From Anaerolineales bacterium (GTDB lineage: Bacteria; Chloroflexota; Anaerolineae; Anaerolineales; Villigracilaceae), in the NCBI GenBank assembly GCA_034434415.1, contig DAOTZF010000172.1, forward strand, positions 1-48,345: DNA of 48,345 nt, in the 5' to 3' direction. Made by a program: the position numbers and the translations under genes. Positions 9,943-20,146 of the stretch are shown one piece after another (positions within the stretch are counted from its first letter, which is position 1; each line of letters begins with the position of its first letter). The notes under the pieces are model-generated. The model was not told the origin of the DNA. It did not search any database and saw only the letters and a list, made by a program, of their open reading frames with translations.

Positions 9943-11184
9943 CTAAGCGGACTGTGAGTGTTGGGAGTCAACGGATCGGTAACGTTTCTCGCGATACCAA
10001 TCAATGATCTTAGGGTTGATGAAAGACTTAATAAGCGAACTGATGAAGGTTCGATCTAGTACCAATCTCCAATCTAAAATTGCGGCGCGCAGTAAGAAAC
10101 TTCTCGCTTCAGTAAAACGCCTCGAACCATAATATAACAAGCCCAAGGCAAAATATGATTGGGAGTAAGCCGCCTTTCTCAATTGCGATGAATAACTTGG
10201 GTTTTTTACCTCTTCAAAGAAACGATCCAGCATATCTATCAAGTGGCGGGAACTGGAATCTAAGTTAAGACTGGCGAAGTCTCCGCGATAACCTTTAGGT
10301 TGTTCGCCACAACCCAGTTCATAAAATGTGTTGAGCCGCGTCAATAGTGCCGGACAAGCAACTATCATGTTTTTGAAGCTTTCATACGCGCGATCTGTCA
10401 TTCGCGCTTGAAGATATTCGACCGTCGAAGCAAGATAAGCCTGACCATATGCACGCCTTTGAGCTTCTGTCCAGTCCTTATCTACAAGTGGTATTGGACC
10501 AAAATGCTTTTGAATCACAGCCAGGCGATTTTCGGTCTGACGAGATGGATCTGTGGACATACTATGTGGGAGTATTCGATGTCGTGTAAGAATATTTGTC
10601 ACGCCTAATACTTTGTACTGGCCAGCTATTCTCAACCACATATCCACGTCTTCGCAAGCACGAAATTTAACATCAAATAAGCCAAGTTTGGCATAGCAGT
10701 GTTTGCGCACTAGTATCGATTCTGGCACAAGGAAATTCCCGTCCACTAATGCCTGAAACAAACGATCCGGGGGAACCAACCGCGCTTCAACCTGAGGGAG
10801 CGGTTGGTTCGCCACATCGACAAAACGATAGCCACAATAGACCGCTCCAGCCATCTTGTCCTCTTGTAGTATCGGAACTAAAACACTCATAAATTCCGGT
10901 TCATACATATCGTCGGCATCCAACACTCCGATGAACTCGCCTCGGGCTTGCTCGATTCCGGTGTTGCGTGCAGCGGATAATCCACTATTTTTTTGCCATA
11001 TGTATTGAACCCGATCGCCAAATTCCTTCACAACTTCGCGGCTATTGTCGGTTGAACCATCATCCACTACAATCACCTCGAAATCACGAAAAGTCTGGTT
11101 CATGACGCTGGTAATTGCATCTCCCAAGTATTGAGCATGATTGAAATTGGGGATTATAACGCTTACGATAGGAACTGAGGGCAT
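9943..11184 (-). CDS. Glycosyltransferase family 2 with helical C-terminal extension
   Basis: VSVIIPNFN, VVDDGSTD, GLSAARNTG, LDADD, EDVDMWLR. Confidence 0.92.
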   Translation of the reverse strand: MPSVPIVSVIIPNFNHAQYLGDAITSVMNQTFRDFEVIVVDDGSTDNSREVVKEFGDRVQYIWQKNSGLSAARNTGIEQARGEFIGVLDADDMYEPEFMSVLVPILQEDKMAGAVYCGYRFVDVANQPLPQVEARLVPPDRLFQALVDGNFLVPESILVRKHCYAKLGLFDVKFRACEDVDMWLRIAGQYKVLGVTNILTRHRILPHSMSTDPSRQTENRLAVIQKHFGPIPLVDKDWTEAQRRAYGQAYLASTVEYLQARMTDRAYESFKNMIVACPALLTRLNTFYELGCGEQPKGYRGDFASLNLDSSSRHLIDMLDRFFEEVKNPSYSSQLRKAAYSQSYFALGLLYYGSRRFTEARSFLLRAAILDWRLVLDRTFISSLIKSFINPKIIDWYREKRYRSVDSQHSQSA

Positions 11185-11190
11185 AGGTGT

Positions 11191-12504
11191 TTATATGAAA
11201 TCGAAAGGCTGGCGAGCAATAATTGCTTTGAACAAGTGCTCGAGTCGAATGATATAGTGATCCCATGAATATTTTGATTCGGCATCATAACGCGCCCGTG
11301 TACCAAGCGCGTAACGGAGGTCAGGATTTTCAATTAATGTAGTAAGCGCATCAGCCAGCGCTGCACTGTCACCGGGCGGCACCAGCAGGCCGTTCCGACG
11401 ATCCTGAATAACTTGATTGATCTGCCCAACCGCAGAAGCCACTACCGCGTTGCCCGAAGCCATGTATTCGAACAGTTTGAGGGGTGAGAGCCACATCTTT
11501 TGTTGCATGGAGGGATAAGGCACAACAGCAATATCAGCAGCGGCTACATACTTCGGCACTTCAGGGTGTGGGACAATACCAATGAACCTAACCGCATGGA
11601 GCAATCCCAAATCATCAGCACGTTTTTCCATCTCGGACCGGTGTTCACCATCACCCACCAAGACAAGCCGCGTAGCGGGATACGATTTTAATACAAGGCT
11701 GAAAGCGCTAAGTAAAGTCGGTACATCATGCCAATGAAAAAAGTTCCCAAGGAATAAAACAATGGGGTTGGTTTCGAAATTAAGTGATTTACGGATTGCA
11801 GCACGCGTCGCAGGGTTGGGTTTGAATTTTTCCACATCGACGGCATTCGGAAAGACAACCATCTTTTGCATTGGAACTTTCCATTCAGTATGTAGATGCT
11901 CACGACCTTCCTCTGACACACAAACGATACAATCAGCCACATTAAGATTGTAGCGCAGGATTTGTTTTGCACGCCAGCGGAGTAACCCCGTTACGGGCTT
12001 ACCCATCGTGTCAAGCTCCATAATCTGGTCCGCCTCGAAGAATACAATATAAGGTAAACCAAGTTTTCGACTCGCCATTGCCAAACCTGAGTTATATAAC
12101 CCATTACGTTCATAGACAATATCATGCCCAGGCAATACCTTCAGGCAGGCATCCATGTAGCGGTAATTGAAAAAAAAATTGAGATATGGGATACCCGCAA
12201 GTTTTTGCATCCACCACGCAGATTTACTCGCTATGTTGAACATTGAACCTGCTGTCCACGTACGACGGACCGGCACATCCTGAACAGGGTCTGCGGTAAG
12301 AACAAAATCATCCAGGGATTTAGGTGCAACAAATGTGAGACGATGGCCTCTATTCTTCAGACGCTTCACGAGATGGCGTTGAAGAACATAAGTGGCATCG
12401 GCAGGTTTCCCCTCCATGGCATCACGAAAGGGCTTCCATTCGGGCACACCGAGCGCGATCCGCATACCGTGTTTTTCTTTTGCGATATTATTATCTTGGG
12501 TCAT
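11191..12504 (-). CDS. Glycosyltransferase family 4
   Basis: PNAVD, LVLVGDG, SPLKLFEYMASG, NGLLVPPGD. Confidence 0.92.
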   Translation of the reverse strand: MTQDNNIAKEKHGMRIALGVPEWKPFRDAMEGKPADATYVLQRHLVKRLKNRGHRLTFVAPKSLDDFVLTADPVQDVPVRRTWTAGSMFNIASKSAWWMQKLAGIPYLNFFFNYRYMDACLKVLPGHDIVYERNGLYNSGLAMASRKLGLPYIVFFEADQIMELDTMGKPVTGLLRWRAKQILRYNLNVADCIVCVSEEGREHLHTEWKVPMQKMVVFPNAVDVEKFKPNPATRAAIRKSLNFETNPIVLFLGNFFHWHDVPTLLSAFSLVLKSYPATRLVLVGDGEHRSEMEKRADDLGLLHAVRFIGIVPHPEVPKYVAAADIAVVPYPSMQQKMWLSPLKLFEYMASGNAVVASAVGQINQVIQDRRNGLLVPPGDSAALADALTTLIENPDLRYALGTRARYDAESKYSWDHYIIRLEHLFKAIIARQPFDFI

Positions 12505-12544
12505 GAAGATGGATCTCTAAAGAAAATCGTTTCTATTCCGGTTG

Positions 12545-13144
12545 CTACGCGGTGGAACCTGCTTTTGAAATTGAGCGGACAGGAACACCCATCGCTGTGC
12601 TATGCGGCGGTAAATCTTTCGTGACCACAGAATTTGCACCGATGATGGAGTAATCCCCGATCGTGACTGGACCAAGGATCTTCGCTCCTACACTGACATG
12701 AACATGATCGCCAAGGACAGGCAAACCTCCCCCTGGCGTCTTATATCCGATTGTTACATCCTGAAAAACAAGACAATTCACTCCGATGCGTTCCGCGTGA
12801 ATAATCACATTGTAACCATGCTTGATAACAAATCCATATCCAATGGAGGGCACGCGAATCGAAATCGTATTACGCGGTTCGCGACTGGATTTTGCAACGG
12901 CTAACAAGACGCGATCAATGATGCTGGCAGGCTGGCCGATCCTGTAATAGAAAAGATTGCGGAACTCCTTCAGCGTTTCGGTATTCAATAGCCAGACTAA
13001 CGCTTGGTCAGACGAAAGACTCGAAAGCGAAGGATTGATAAACCTGATCCAGCGCGGGATGTCTTTTTCGATAGACTCCCGTGCAATAGAACGCCGATAC
13101 AAAAACAGGTGAAGCAGAGGTAATGCCATGCCGCAGTTTCTCAA
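12545..13144 (-). CDS. CysE/WcaB-like hexapeptide O-acetyltransferase
   Basis: LbH repeats VTIGY, LGDHVHVSVGAKILGPVTIGDYSIIGANSVV, GVP. Start uncertain (TTG 13144 or ATG 13129). Confidence 0.85.
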   Translation of the reverse strand: MRNCGMALPLLHLFLYRRSIARESIEKDIPRWIRFINPSLSSLSSDQALVWLLNTETLKEFRNLFYYRIGQPASIIDRVLLAVAKSSREPRNTISIRVPSIGYGFVIKHGYNVIIHAERIGVNCLVFQDVTIGYKTPGGGLPVLGDHVHVSVGAKILGPVTIGDYSIIGANSVVTKDLPPHSTAMGVPVRSISKAGSTA

Positions 13145-13149
13145 GATCC

Positions 13150-13764
13150 TTAAGCTTCCGCAGAAAACCGTTTCACACGCTCACCATCACGCTTGATGAT
13201 TCGCGCCGGCACACCTACCACCATGCAATTAGGCGGGACATCCCGCAACACAACGGCATTTGCTCCAATCACTGCGTTATCCCCGATGGTTATAGGTCCT
13301 AATACCTGTGCTCCGGCGCCAATGTATACATTGTTACCGATGATAGGGGATGGATCAACATCGTTCTTGTAACCGATCGTTACGCCTGAATTAATCCAGC
13401 AATTCTCACCAATCCTCCTGGGACCAATGATCGTGCCATATCCGAATTCGATATATAACCCAGGACCAATTTCACAAAAAGCGAACGCCGGTGTTTCATT
13501 TGGCGAATACAGGATGCGCCCAATAAAGAGTAACAGCTTGCCGGCCTTACCGGCATAAGTACCAAGTCGAAAATAAAATACATTTCTGAACTCAGGAAAG
13601 CTATCCAGCAACCAGGTGATGTTCTTCAAAGCGGAGTGACTCAACCGGCCTGGAGCACGAATCTCCACCCAGCGTTTCACATCAGCTTCGATTACGGTCC
13701 TTTGTGACGAGCGTTTGAAGAGAAGAATATGGGGAAATGACCTTATGGTTTGCAAAATAATCAT
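13150..13764 (-). CDS. CysE/WcaB-like hexapeptide O-acetyltransferase (tandem paralog)
   Basis: IGNNVYIGAGAQVLGPITIGDNAVIGANAVVLRDVP..VVGVPAR. Confidence 0.88.
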   Translation of the reverse strand: MIILQTIRSFPHILLFKRSSQRTVIEADVKRWVEIRAPGRLSHSALKNITWLLDSFPEFRNVFYFRLGTYAGKAGKLLLFIGRILYSPNETPAFAFCEIGPGLYIEFGYGTIIGPRRIGENCWINSGVTIGYKNDVDPSPIIGNNVYIGAGAQVLGPITIGDNAVIGANAVVLRDVPPNCMVVGVPARIIKRDGERVKRFSAEA

Positions 13765-13807
13765 ACCATCATCCTTTTGTCATAGATGCCTTGTAAAAAC
13801 GACCAGA

Positions 13808-15118
13808 TCAGTTCAAACCAGAGGCACGCTGCACTAATATTCGATCATATACCGAAAGAAAATTCTCACAGACGGCTCCCGGTTGAAATGGCCCCTGCTC
13901 GTAGGAGTTCCGCGCCGACCTTCCAAGTGTTTCACGAAGGGATACATTCTCGACAAGAACCATGATCTTCTCGGCAAGAGAGAAGGGATCTTGTGCCGGA
14001 CACAACAAACCATTTCGCCCATCAGAGATGAGTTCAGGTATCCCGCCTACGGTTGTGGCGATAATTGGTTTACCGTACGACATGGCTTCCACAAGTGCTA
14101 CAGGTTGACCTTCAAGAATGGAAGGCATGACAAAAACATCTGTTTCTGCCATGATGTTCGCCAACTGCTCGCGGCTTGTAAATGCACCAGCCAATATCGA
14201 ATCTCCATCCAAACCAAGATTCTGTGCTTGTGTCAGCAAGTCATCTCGTAGAGGGCCTTCACCATAAATACGCGCTTGAACATGAGGGTATTTTTTACGC
14301 ACTTCTACGAGCGCTTCAAGCAGATATGAGAGCCCTTTTGTCTGGTAGAGGCGCGCCAAAGTTGTGAGGCGCAGGCTTGAATGGCGGGAAGAACCGTTGC
14401 TCTTCATCCACCCATTGGTGACCGGGTCGGGCACAAGTGGTCCTTGAACGACAATAGGTTTTGTTACTCCGCAGATGGTCCTCAATGCTTCTGCACTGGT
14501 CCCCGAGACCGCAATAACGACATCGGCTTTATTGACACTCTTATCGAAGCCATCCCACCAGTCGAAGCGCGAATCAGGCGTTTGATGTTCTTCATAAACA
14601 ATTGGGAGATTTTTGGCATAAGCCCAATCAATGACAAATAGTAGTGTATTGGTATATCCCTGTATGTGCAGTATATCCGGCTTCCATGTTAACTTCCACC
14701 AAGACAGCATGAGCCTGACGAAAGGCTTACGTCGATCTGGGGTGAGGATACGCATGGCTTTACCCCTCAGCCAATGTTTTGCGCTTGTTATAGATTTCGA
14801 TAGCGATTGCACGCGTACAAGCGATAGAGCAATCGCAGCGCTCCATACTAAAGGCGAAGCAATGAAGACCAATACAGTTGCAATTCTTTCTTTTGTATCC
14901 CAGTCAGATACCGGGTAGGAAACCCATTTCGGAAGGCTGATGAAACCGACGCCGTTCTTGCGCAATCGTTGCAAGTATTGATTATCCGGCTTTACCCATG
15001 CCGTGGACAGAACACTGACTTCATGGTCTTTTTTCCGCAAACCCACAGCCAACGTCACGCTGTATTCCTCCATACCCCCAAGTTCCTGAAAGTCAGGCAA
15101 TATCATCCCGATTCGCAT
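13808..15118 (-). CDS. Glycosyltransferase family 4 with internal hydrophobic segment
   Basis: MRIGMIL..GGME, ARLYQTKG, EGQPVALVEAMSYG. Start at ATG 15118 after an AAAGGA RBS. Confidence 0.9.
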   Translation of the reverse strand: MRIGMILPDFQELGGMEEYSVTLAVGLRKKDHEVSVLSTAWVKPDNQYLQRLRKNGVGFISLPKWVSYPVSDWDTKERIATVLVFIASPLVWSAAIALSLVRVQSLSKSITSAKHWLRGKAMRILTPDRRKPFVRLMLSWWKLTWKPDILHIQGYTNTLLFVIDWAYAKNLPIVYEEHQTPDSRFDWWDGFDKSVNKADVVIAVSGTSAEALRTICGVTKPIVVQGPLVPDPVTNGWMKSNGSSRHSSLRLTTLARLYQTKGLSYLLEALVEVRKKYPHVQARIYGEGPLRDDLLTQAQNLGLDGDSILAGAFTSREQLANIMAETDVFVMPSILEGQPVALVEAMSYGKPIIATTVGGIPELISDGRNGLLCPAQDPFSLAEKIMVLVENVSLRETLGRSARNSYEQGPFQPGAVCENFLSVYDRILVQRASGLN

Positions 15119-15175
15119 AAAGCAAAATCCTTTTTCCGAGTGCCCATCCAACCCGGAAACTTTTGGCGAAATGGA

Positions 15176-16618
15176 CTACGCATGGAACTCAGAAACGCCT
15201 GCTTGCGAGCGTTCAGCCCTGCCAGCCACGAGAGATCTAAAAATTGAGCGCACAAGTATTGACAAGACACCTCGATTCATCACATGCTTTGGATATTCCG
15301 TCACCGCGCGCACCACCTTTTCCGGAACACGCTCGAAATTGCCCGAAAAATAGCTTTCAAAGGCTCGCATCACGAGGTACTTCTCGCGCAAACTTCTGGC
15401 TGATTGCCCTTGCCCGATCATCTCAAGAGATTCGGTCACCCGCTCAAGCAGGCTCATCGTTTTATTAAACTCGAATGCGGTTTCATAGCTAAGTAAATGT
15501 GAGAGGAAAAACAACACCATCTGCGGATGGATTTGCACTCCTAATTCCTTCGCACGGAGAAGTTGCACTTGACCACGATCTATCCGATTCCAAGCTACGG
15601 ATCGCAATCCGCGCATCAGTGCACCGGTTGCCTTTGAGCGATCCAATTGCGCACCGAGCCAGGCATGCTCCGGGGGAAGTTGACGGATGATGCGGTCTAT
15701 GACATCTTCATGATTCAGACTCTCGTCAGCAATACTTTCCGAGGTCATAAAGTCAATGAACTCAGACGGTTCACCCTCTAGCACTCGGGGATCCATTTCG
15801 ACCAGTTCTCGCATGAACTTCTGGGCGAGATGAGTTTCCTCTTGCAGGTACGCAAGCGACATGACGACCATTAGATGATGTTTGAGTGCGAACTGGCCCA
15901 ACTCAAGCGCATCTTTTGAGCAACGCGGATCGGCAAAAATTGCTGTCTGCGCACGCGCCACATCATCTAAACGTCCTTGCAGATTCTTTCTAGGTCGACC
16001 TGAGTGATAACGGCGGTAATTCAACACTCGGTCGATGCCAGCGAATTGACATCCAGCCAACGCGAGTCGACAAGGAAAATCGGTATCCTCCGCAGTTCCC
16101 ATTGCCGGGTCAAATAATCCAACCTTGAATGCCCAGTCGCGTCGTACTACCATATCACTGGGTGCAAATGGGAACCCCAGAATGAGATCGACCAAGCCAA
16201 CCTTCATGGGTGGGCGCCATATCCCCGCAATTTCCCTCGATGAGTAATGTAAATTGAAACGAGAGTTATAAGAAACGCCTACATCGGGATGTTCGCGAAG
16301 AAACGTTACATGCACTTGTAATTTTTCAGGAAGAAATATATCGTCGGCATCCAAGAGGGCAAGGATCTCCCCTTGGGATGCACGCATCCCGGTATTGCGG
16401 GTTGCCGGAAGGCGAGCATTTTTCTGATGGACAATATATTTCAACCGATCATCGTTAAAGCGGCGGATAACCTCTTCCGTATTATCGGTGGATGCGTCAT
16501 TGACAACAATGATTTCAAAATTCTCATAGGTTTGATCGAGCACGCTCTGAATCGCATCTCCTATGAAATCGCCCTGGTTATAGGCTGGAATGATCACACT
16601 GACAAGCGGTGATTGCAT
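15176..16618 (-). CDS. Glycosyltransferase family 2 with large helical C-terminal domain
   Basis: VSVIIPAYN, VVNDASTD, RNTG, LLDADD, EDTDF. Confidence 0.92.
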   Translation of the reverse strand: MQSPLVSVIIPAYNQGDFIGDAIQSVLDQTYENFEIIVVNDASTDNTEEVIRRFNDDRLKYIVHQKNARLPATRNTGMRASQGEILALLDADDIFLPEKLQVHVTFLREHPDVGVSYNSRFNLHYSSREIAGIWRPPMKVGLVDLILGFPFAPSDMVVRRDWAFKVGLFDPAMGTAEDTDFPCRLALAGCQFAGIDRVLNYRRYHSGRPRKNLQGRLDDVARAQTAIFADPRCSKDALELGQFALKHHLMVVMSLAYLQEETHLAQKFMRELVEMDPRVLEGEPSEFIDFMTSESIADESLNHEDVIDRIIRQLPPEHAWLGAQLDRSKATGALMRGLRSVAWNRIDRGQVQLLRAKELGVQIHPQMVLFFLSHLLSYETAFEFNKTMSLLERVTESLEMIGQGQSARSLREKYLVMRAFESYFSGNFERVPEKVVRAVTEYPKHVMNRGVLSILVRSIFRSLVAGRAERSQAGVSEFHA

Positions 16619-16630
16619 TGCGAATTACTC

Positions 16631-17407
16631 CTAGATAATGTCAGCGAATTGGAATTCGACTTTCTTGAAAAATCGATATCCCAAGAGAAAGATGACAAAA
16701 GCGATAAGCGCTGAAAACAAAAGATATGATCCGGGGAATCTGTTGTAAATCAACACATCGCGATATGCCTCGATGATCCCCGCCATCGGGTTAAGAAAAT
16801 AATACCGCTGGTATTTCTCCGGAACAGCAGATAGCGGATAAATAATCGGGGAGGCATAGAACCAGATCTGAAGGCCTAGAGTAATCAACGACTGAACATC
16901 CCGGTAAAACACGTTGGCAGCAGCACAGGCTAACCCCAACCCAAGGACCAAAGCCATCTGAATAACCAGTATAGCCGGCAGGAATAACCAGCTAACATGG
17001 AACAAAGGGATTCCAAAGATCACCATCAGGATCAGCAGAAGGATTGCCGCTATGCCAAAATCCATCAGCCTGGCAGACATGGCGGCAATAGGCAATGCCT
17101 CGCGGGGAAAATAGATCTTGGACACAAGATCCATATTGCCCACCAGGGATGCCGTCATATCCGCCAACGACGCGGCGAGGAACGTCCAAGGGATGACAGC
17201 CGCATAGGAAAAAACAGCATAGGGAACTCCGCCCGTATTTATCGGGATTATATAACTGAAAATGATTGTGTAAATTGCTGCAATCGCAGCAGGTTGAATG
17301 ATTGCCCAGAGCCAGCCAAGCGCAGATTGTTGATACCGCGCACGGATGGTTCGGGACGTCCATGCACCGATTAATTCCTTTGTCAAGGACAGATTATATT
17401 GTGTCAT
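16631..17407 (-). CDS. wzm: ABC-2 polysaccharide export permease
   Basis: RARYQQSALGWLWAIIQP, LVSKIYFPRE, FYRDV, WFYASPIIYP, NPMAGIIEAYR, FADII. Confidence 0.93.
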   Translation of the reverse strand: MTQYNLSLTKELIGAWTSRTIRARYQQSALGWLWAIIQPAAIAAIYTIIFSYIIPINTGGVPYAVFSYAAVIPWTFLAASLADMTASLVGNMDLVSKIYFPREALPIAAMSARLMDFGIAAILLLILMVIFGIPLFHVSWLFLPAILVIQMALVLGLGLACAAANVFYRDVQSLITLGLQIWFYASPIIYPLSAVPEKYQRYYFLNPMAGIIEAYRDVLIYNRFPGSYLLFSALIAFVIFLLGYRFFKKVEFQFADII

Positions 17408-18716
17408 TTTGCGTAGACTCCGATGAATGAGAAATTTGATTTATCTGCTTTTCAGGTGCGAGATCGGCTGCGACTACGCCGGGGGAAGAATTCCCATTCC
17501 ATTTCCTTTTTGGTTCAAAGACACCATTCATTTCCTGATGGCTTAGAACAGAGCCTGTGACATAGAACCAGTCGGAGGAGGCAGTCGCTATAGTTTCTGC
17601 ATCACTGGCATCCCTGAACAACACCTGGGCATAATAAGCCCCCCCGTACAATTGAATCGGATCCAACGTTACTGACACTTCTCCTGCGCCCTGCTCCACT
17701 GAAACAGGGAATTTATCGAGGGATGTACGCATCATACAGCAAGTCAAACCATCGGAACGGATAATTCGCACAACAACGTTGACTTCTCCAATACCTTTAT
17801 ACGCCACATAACGAACTCGAATTGTAACCGCCTTATCGTTTCGGGTCTCACCAACAGAAGCCCCACCTTCATCCAGAACCTCGGTCTTAACTATCTCGAG
17901 ATCTCCTTCCAACTGAGTTTGATTTTCTCCTGGATTTTTGAGGTTGCCGGCACGACGTAAATTCAAGTCGCGGTCATAAGCAGCAATCACTTCCGCCGTA
18001 TTTCCTCGTTGGATGATCTGTCCTCGCTCCAAATATAGCGCTGAAGTACAAACAGCCTGAACCAGCCAGAGATTGTGGGAAACAAAAATTATACTAGTGC
18101 CCTGCTCCATGAGATCTTGAATTCGCTTGATGCATTTCTGGCGAAATGTTGCATCACCGACTGCAAGCACCTCATCCACAAGAAGAATATCCGGGATATT
18201 GATGCACGCAGCTACAGCAAAACCAAGCCTGACCTTCATACCGGATGAGTAACGTTTTACCGGGGTGTCGATGAATCGCTCAAGTTCGGAGAAAGACACG
18301 ATCTCATCAAAACGAGAGGCGACCTCATTTCGTTTAAGCCCCAAAATGATTCCGTTGAGGTAGATATTCTCGCGACCGGTTAGGTCGGGGTGAAATCCGG
18401 CGCCCAGTTCGATGAGAGCTGAGATTTTCCCCTTGGTTTCGATCTTTCCGGAAGTGGGCTTGGTGATATTAGCAAGTAGCTTCAGGGATGTGGTCTTTCC
18501 GGCACCGTTGGAGCCGATCATCGCAAGTGATTCACCTTGCTTCAACTCGAAGCTGGCATCGCGCAATGCCCACAAGACATTGTCATTCGGAGTACTCTTG
18601 ATCGAAGGCTTGAGCGCTCTCTTTATTGCCTTCGATACAAGCCCAGGTAAGCTGGTACGAGTCAACCCGAGGTCATATCTTTTTGAAACATTAACAAAAC
18701 GAACAGTATAATTCAT
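17394..18716 (-). CDS. wzt: Polysaccharide export ABC ATPase with C-terminal Wzt_C domain
   Basis: Walker A GSNGAGKT, ELGAGFHPDLTGREN, YSSGM signature, LLVDEVLAVGD, FVSH; beta-rich C-terminal extension. Confidence 0.94.
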   Translation of the reverse strand: MNYTVRFVNVSKRYDLGLTRTSLPGLVSKAIKRALKPSIKSTPNDNVLWALRDASFELKQGESLAMIGSNGAGKTTSLKLLANITKPTSGKIETKGKISALIELGAGFHPDLTGRENIYLNGIILGLKRNEVASRFDEIVSFSELERFIDTPVKRYSSGMKVRLGFAVAACINIPDILLVDEVLAVGDATFRQKCIKRIQDLMEQGTSIIFVSHNLWLVQAVCTSALYLERGQIIQRGNTAEVIAAYDRDLNLRRAGNLKNPGENQTQLEGDLEIVKTEVLDEGGASVGETRNDKAVTIRVRYVAYKGIGEVNVVVRIIRSDGLTCCMMRTSLDKFPVSVEQGAGEVSVTLDPIQLYGGAYYAQVLFRDASDAETIATASSDWFYVTGSVLSHQEMNGVFEPKRKWNGNSSPGVVAADLAPEKQINQISHSSESTQNDTI

Positions 18717-18739
18717 TCAAACAACTCCAAAGTGAAATC

Positions 18740-20131
18740 TTATGCCCGCCGAGATCGCAATCGCCCAAGGGATCGAAACAAGGTAACGAGCAAACCTCGG
18801 TTCGCCATAAATTCAGGCCGCGTCAAGATCGCGTATTGAATGCTTCGCAATGCAAGCGAATATCTGCCTTTATTAAACTCGCGGAACGAACGATTGGCAA
18901 AAAACTCGCCTTTAAACCACCGCACAAGAGATGGCGTGCTCATCTTTTCAAGATACGGAGTTAGGGAGTGTAGTGCCAAATCCACATCACCGGGACCGTA
19001 AACAGTTTCACAACCCAATAGCTCCTCTGCCAAGGCATAATAAAAATATTGATCGATACGGCAACCAAGCCTGAGAGCCTCTGCCAAATCCAATTTACCT
19101 TCCTCGACCCTGCCCCATAAAATCGCACGAATCCCGTGCAATACAAACCCACGAGCAATTACCTCGTTCATATGCGGCAACATCCATATCATCTCCGCGG
19201 GTAACTGTCCAAACACTCGCGCGATTCGATTTTGATGATCCTCCTCTTTGACACTCTCAACAATTAGAAAGAAGAAGAAACGATAAGCTTGGACATCCAG
19301 AATAGAACGATCCAAATATATCGAGGAACGAAGCATTTCACGACCAATGGCTGTATCTCCTCGAACGAACGCTTCATACGCCAATTTGAGGTGGATTCTT
19401 GCCAATGCAGATTCGCGCAACCGCAGCAGGCTCTCAGGGCAATCGGGATGGTCAAAAATCATTTCCAGAATTCGAATAGAGTGCTGCAAATAATCGGACT
19501 GAGTTATTTCTCCAGGATTAGAGACAGCCCTACAGTCGCTAAGCGGGCGATCAATAACATTCAAGGGAATATTGGGCAACAGCAAATGTACAACAAAACT
19601 CATCCAACCCGCATCAACGACAGCGCTCTCGGGGTTCGAAATTAACTCATGAACAGACGACCGCCGAATTGCAAAAGCACTCAAGGGCATCGGCTCCTGC
19701 AACAAGAGATCTTCAAGACTAATCTTTGCCTTCGGACGCCAAAGCGATAGAATTTTCCCATCTCTCGATACTACAAAACATGAATGAGAAATGACATTTT
19801 CATGAGGGTGATCGCCAAAATATTTAGCAACTTCACCTAGCTTCTCCCTTTTGAACTTGTCGCTTCCATCGAGAAAGCAAATGATCTCGCCGGTCGAGGC
19901 GTGGCACCCCTCGCCAATAGCGGAGGAGTAAGCTTTATCCTCGTCACGAAAAACACACTTTATACGAGGGTGATCGATTTGCGAAATACTTCCCTTGATA
20001 TATTCCTCATCACCCAATACATCAACTAGAACAATTTCGTGAGCGGGATATGATTGATCAAGGATGCTCTGGAGACTTTCTGCCAGATATCCTGCGCGAT
20101 TGCGAACTACAATTACAACACTTATTCTCAT
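18740..20131 (-). CDS. Degenerate GT2-family protein, paralog of 15176..16618
   Basis: ISVVIVVRN..SILDQSY..EIVLVD start; FLDGSD in place of LDADD; shared C-terminal domain (IFDHP, QLPAEMIW, NRGLL). Confidence 0.8.
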   Translation of the reverse strand: MRISVVIVVRNRAGYLAESLQSILDQSYPAHEIVLVDVLGDEEYIKGSISQIDHPRIKCVFRDEDKAYSSAIGEGCHASTGEIICFLDGSDKFKREKLGEVAKYFGDHPHENVISHSCFVVSRDGKILSLWRPKAKISLEDLLLQEPMPLSAFAIRRSSVHELISNPESAVVDAGWMSFVVHLLLPNIPLNVIDRPLSDCRAVSNPGEITQSDYLQHSIRILEMIFDHPDCPESLLRLRESALARIHLKLAYEAFVRGDTAIGREMLRSSIYLDRSILDVQAYRFFFFLIVESVKEEDHQNRIARVFGQLPAEMIWMLPHMNEVIARGFVLHGIRAILWGRVEEGKLDLAEALRLGCRIDQYFYYALAEELLGCETVYGPGDVDLALHSLTPYLEKMSTPSLVRWFKGEFFANRSFREFNKGRYSLALRSIQYAILTRPEFMANRGLLVTLFRSLGRLRSRRA

Positions 20132-20146
20132 TGATTTTTCTGTTAA

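Noticed and set aside
12545..13764. cysE for cysteine biosynthesis
   Set aside because: The typical SATase N-terminal domain and cys gene context are missing; the glycan-locus context favours sugar O-acetylation.
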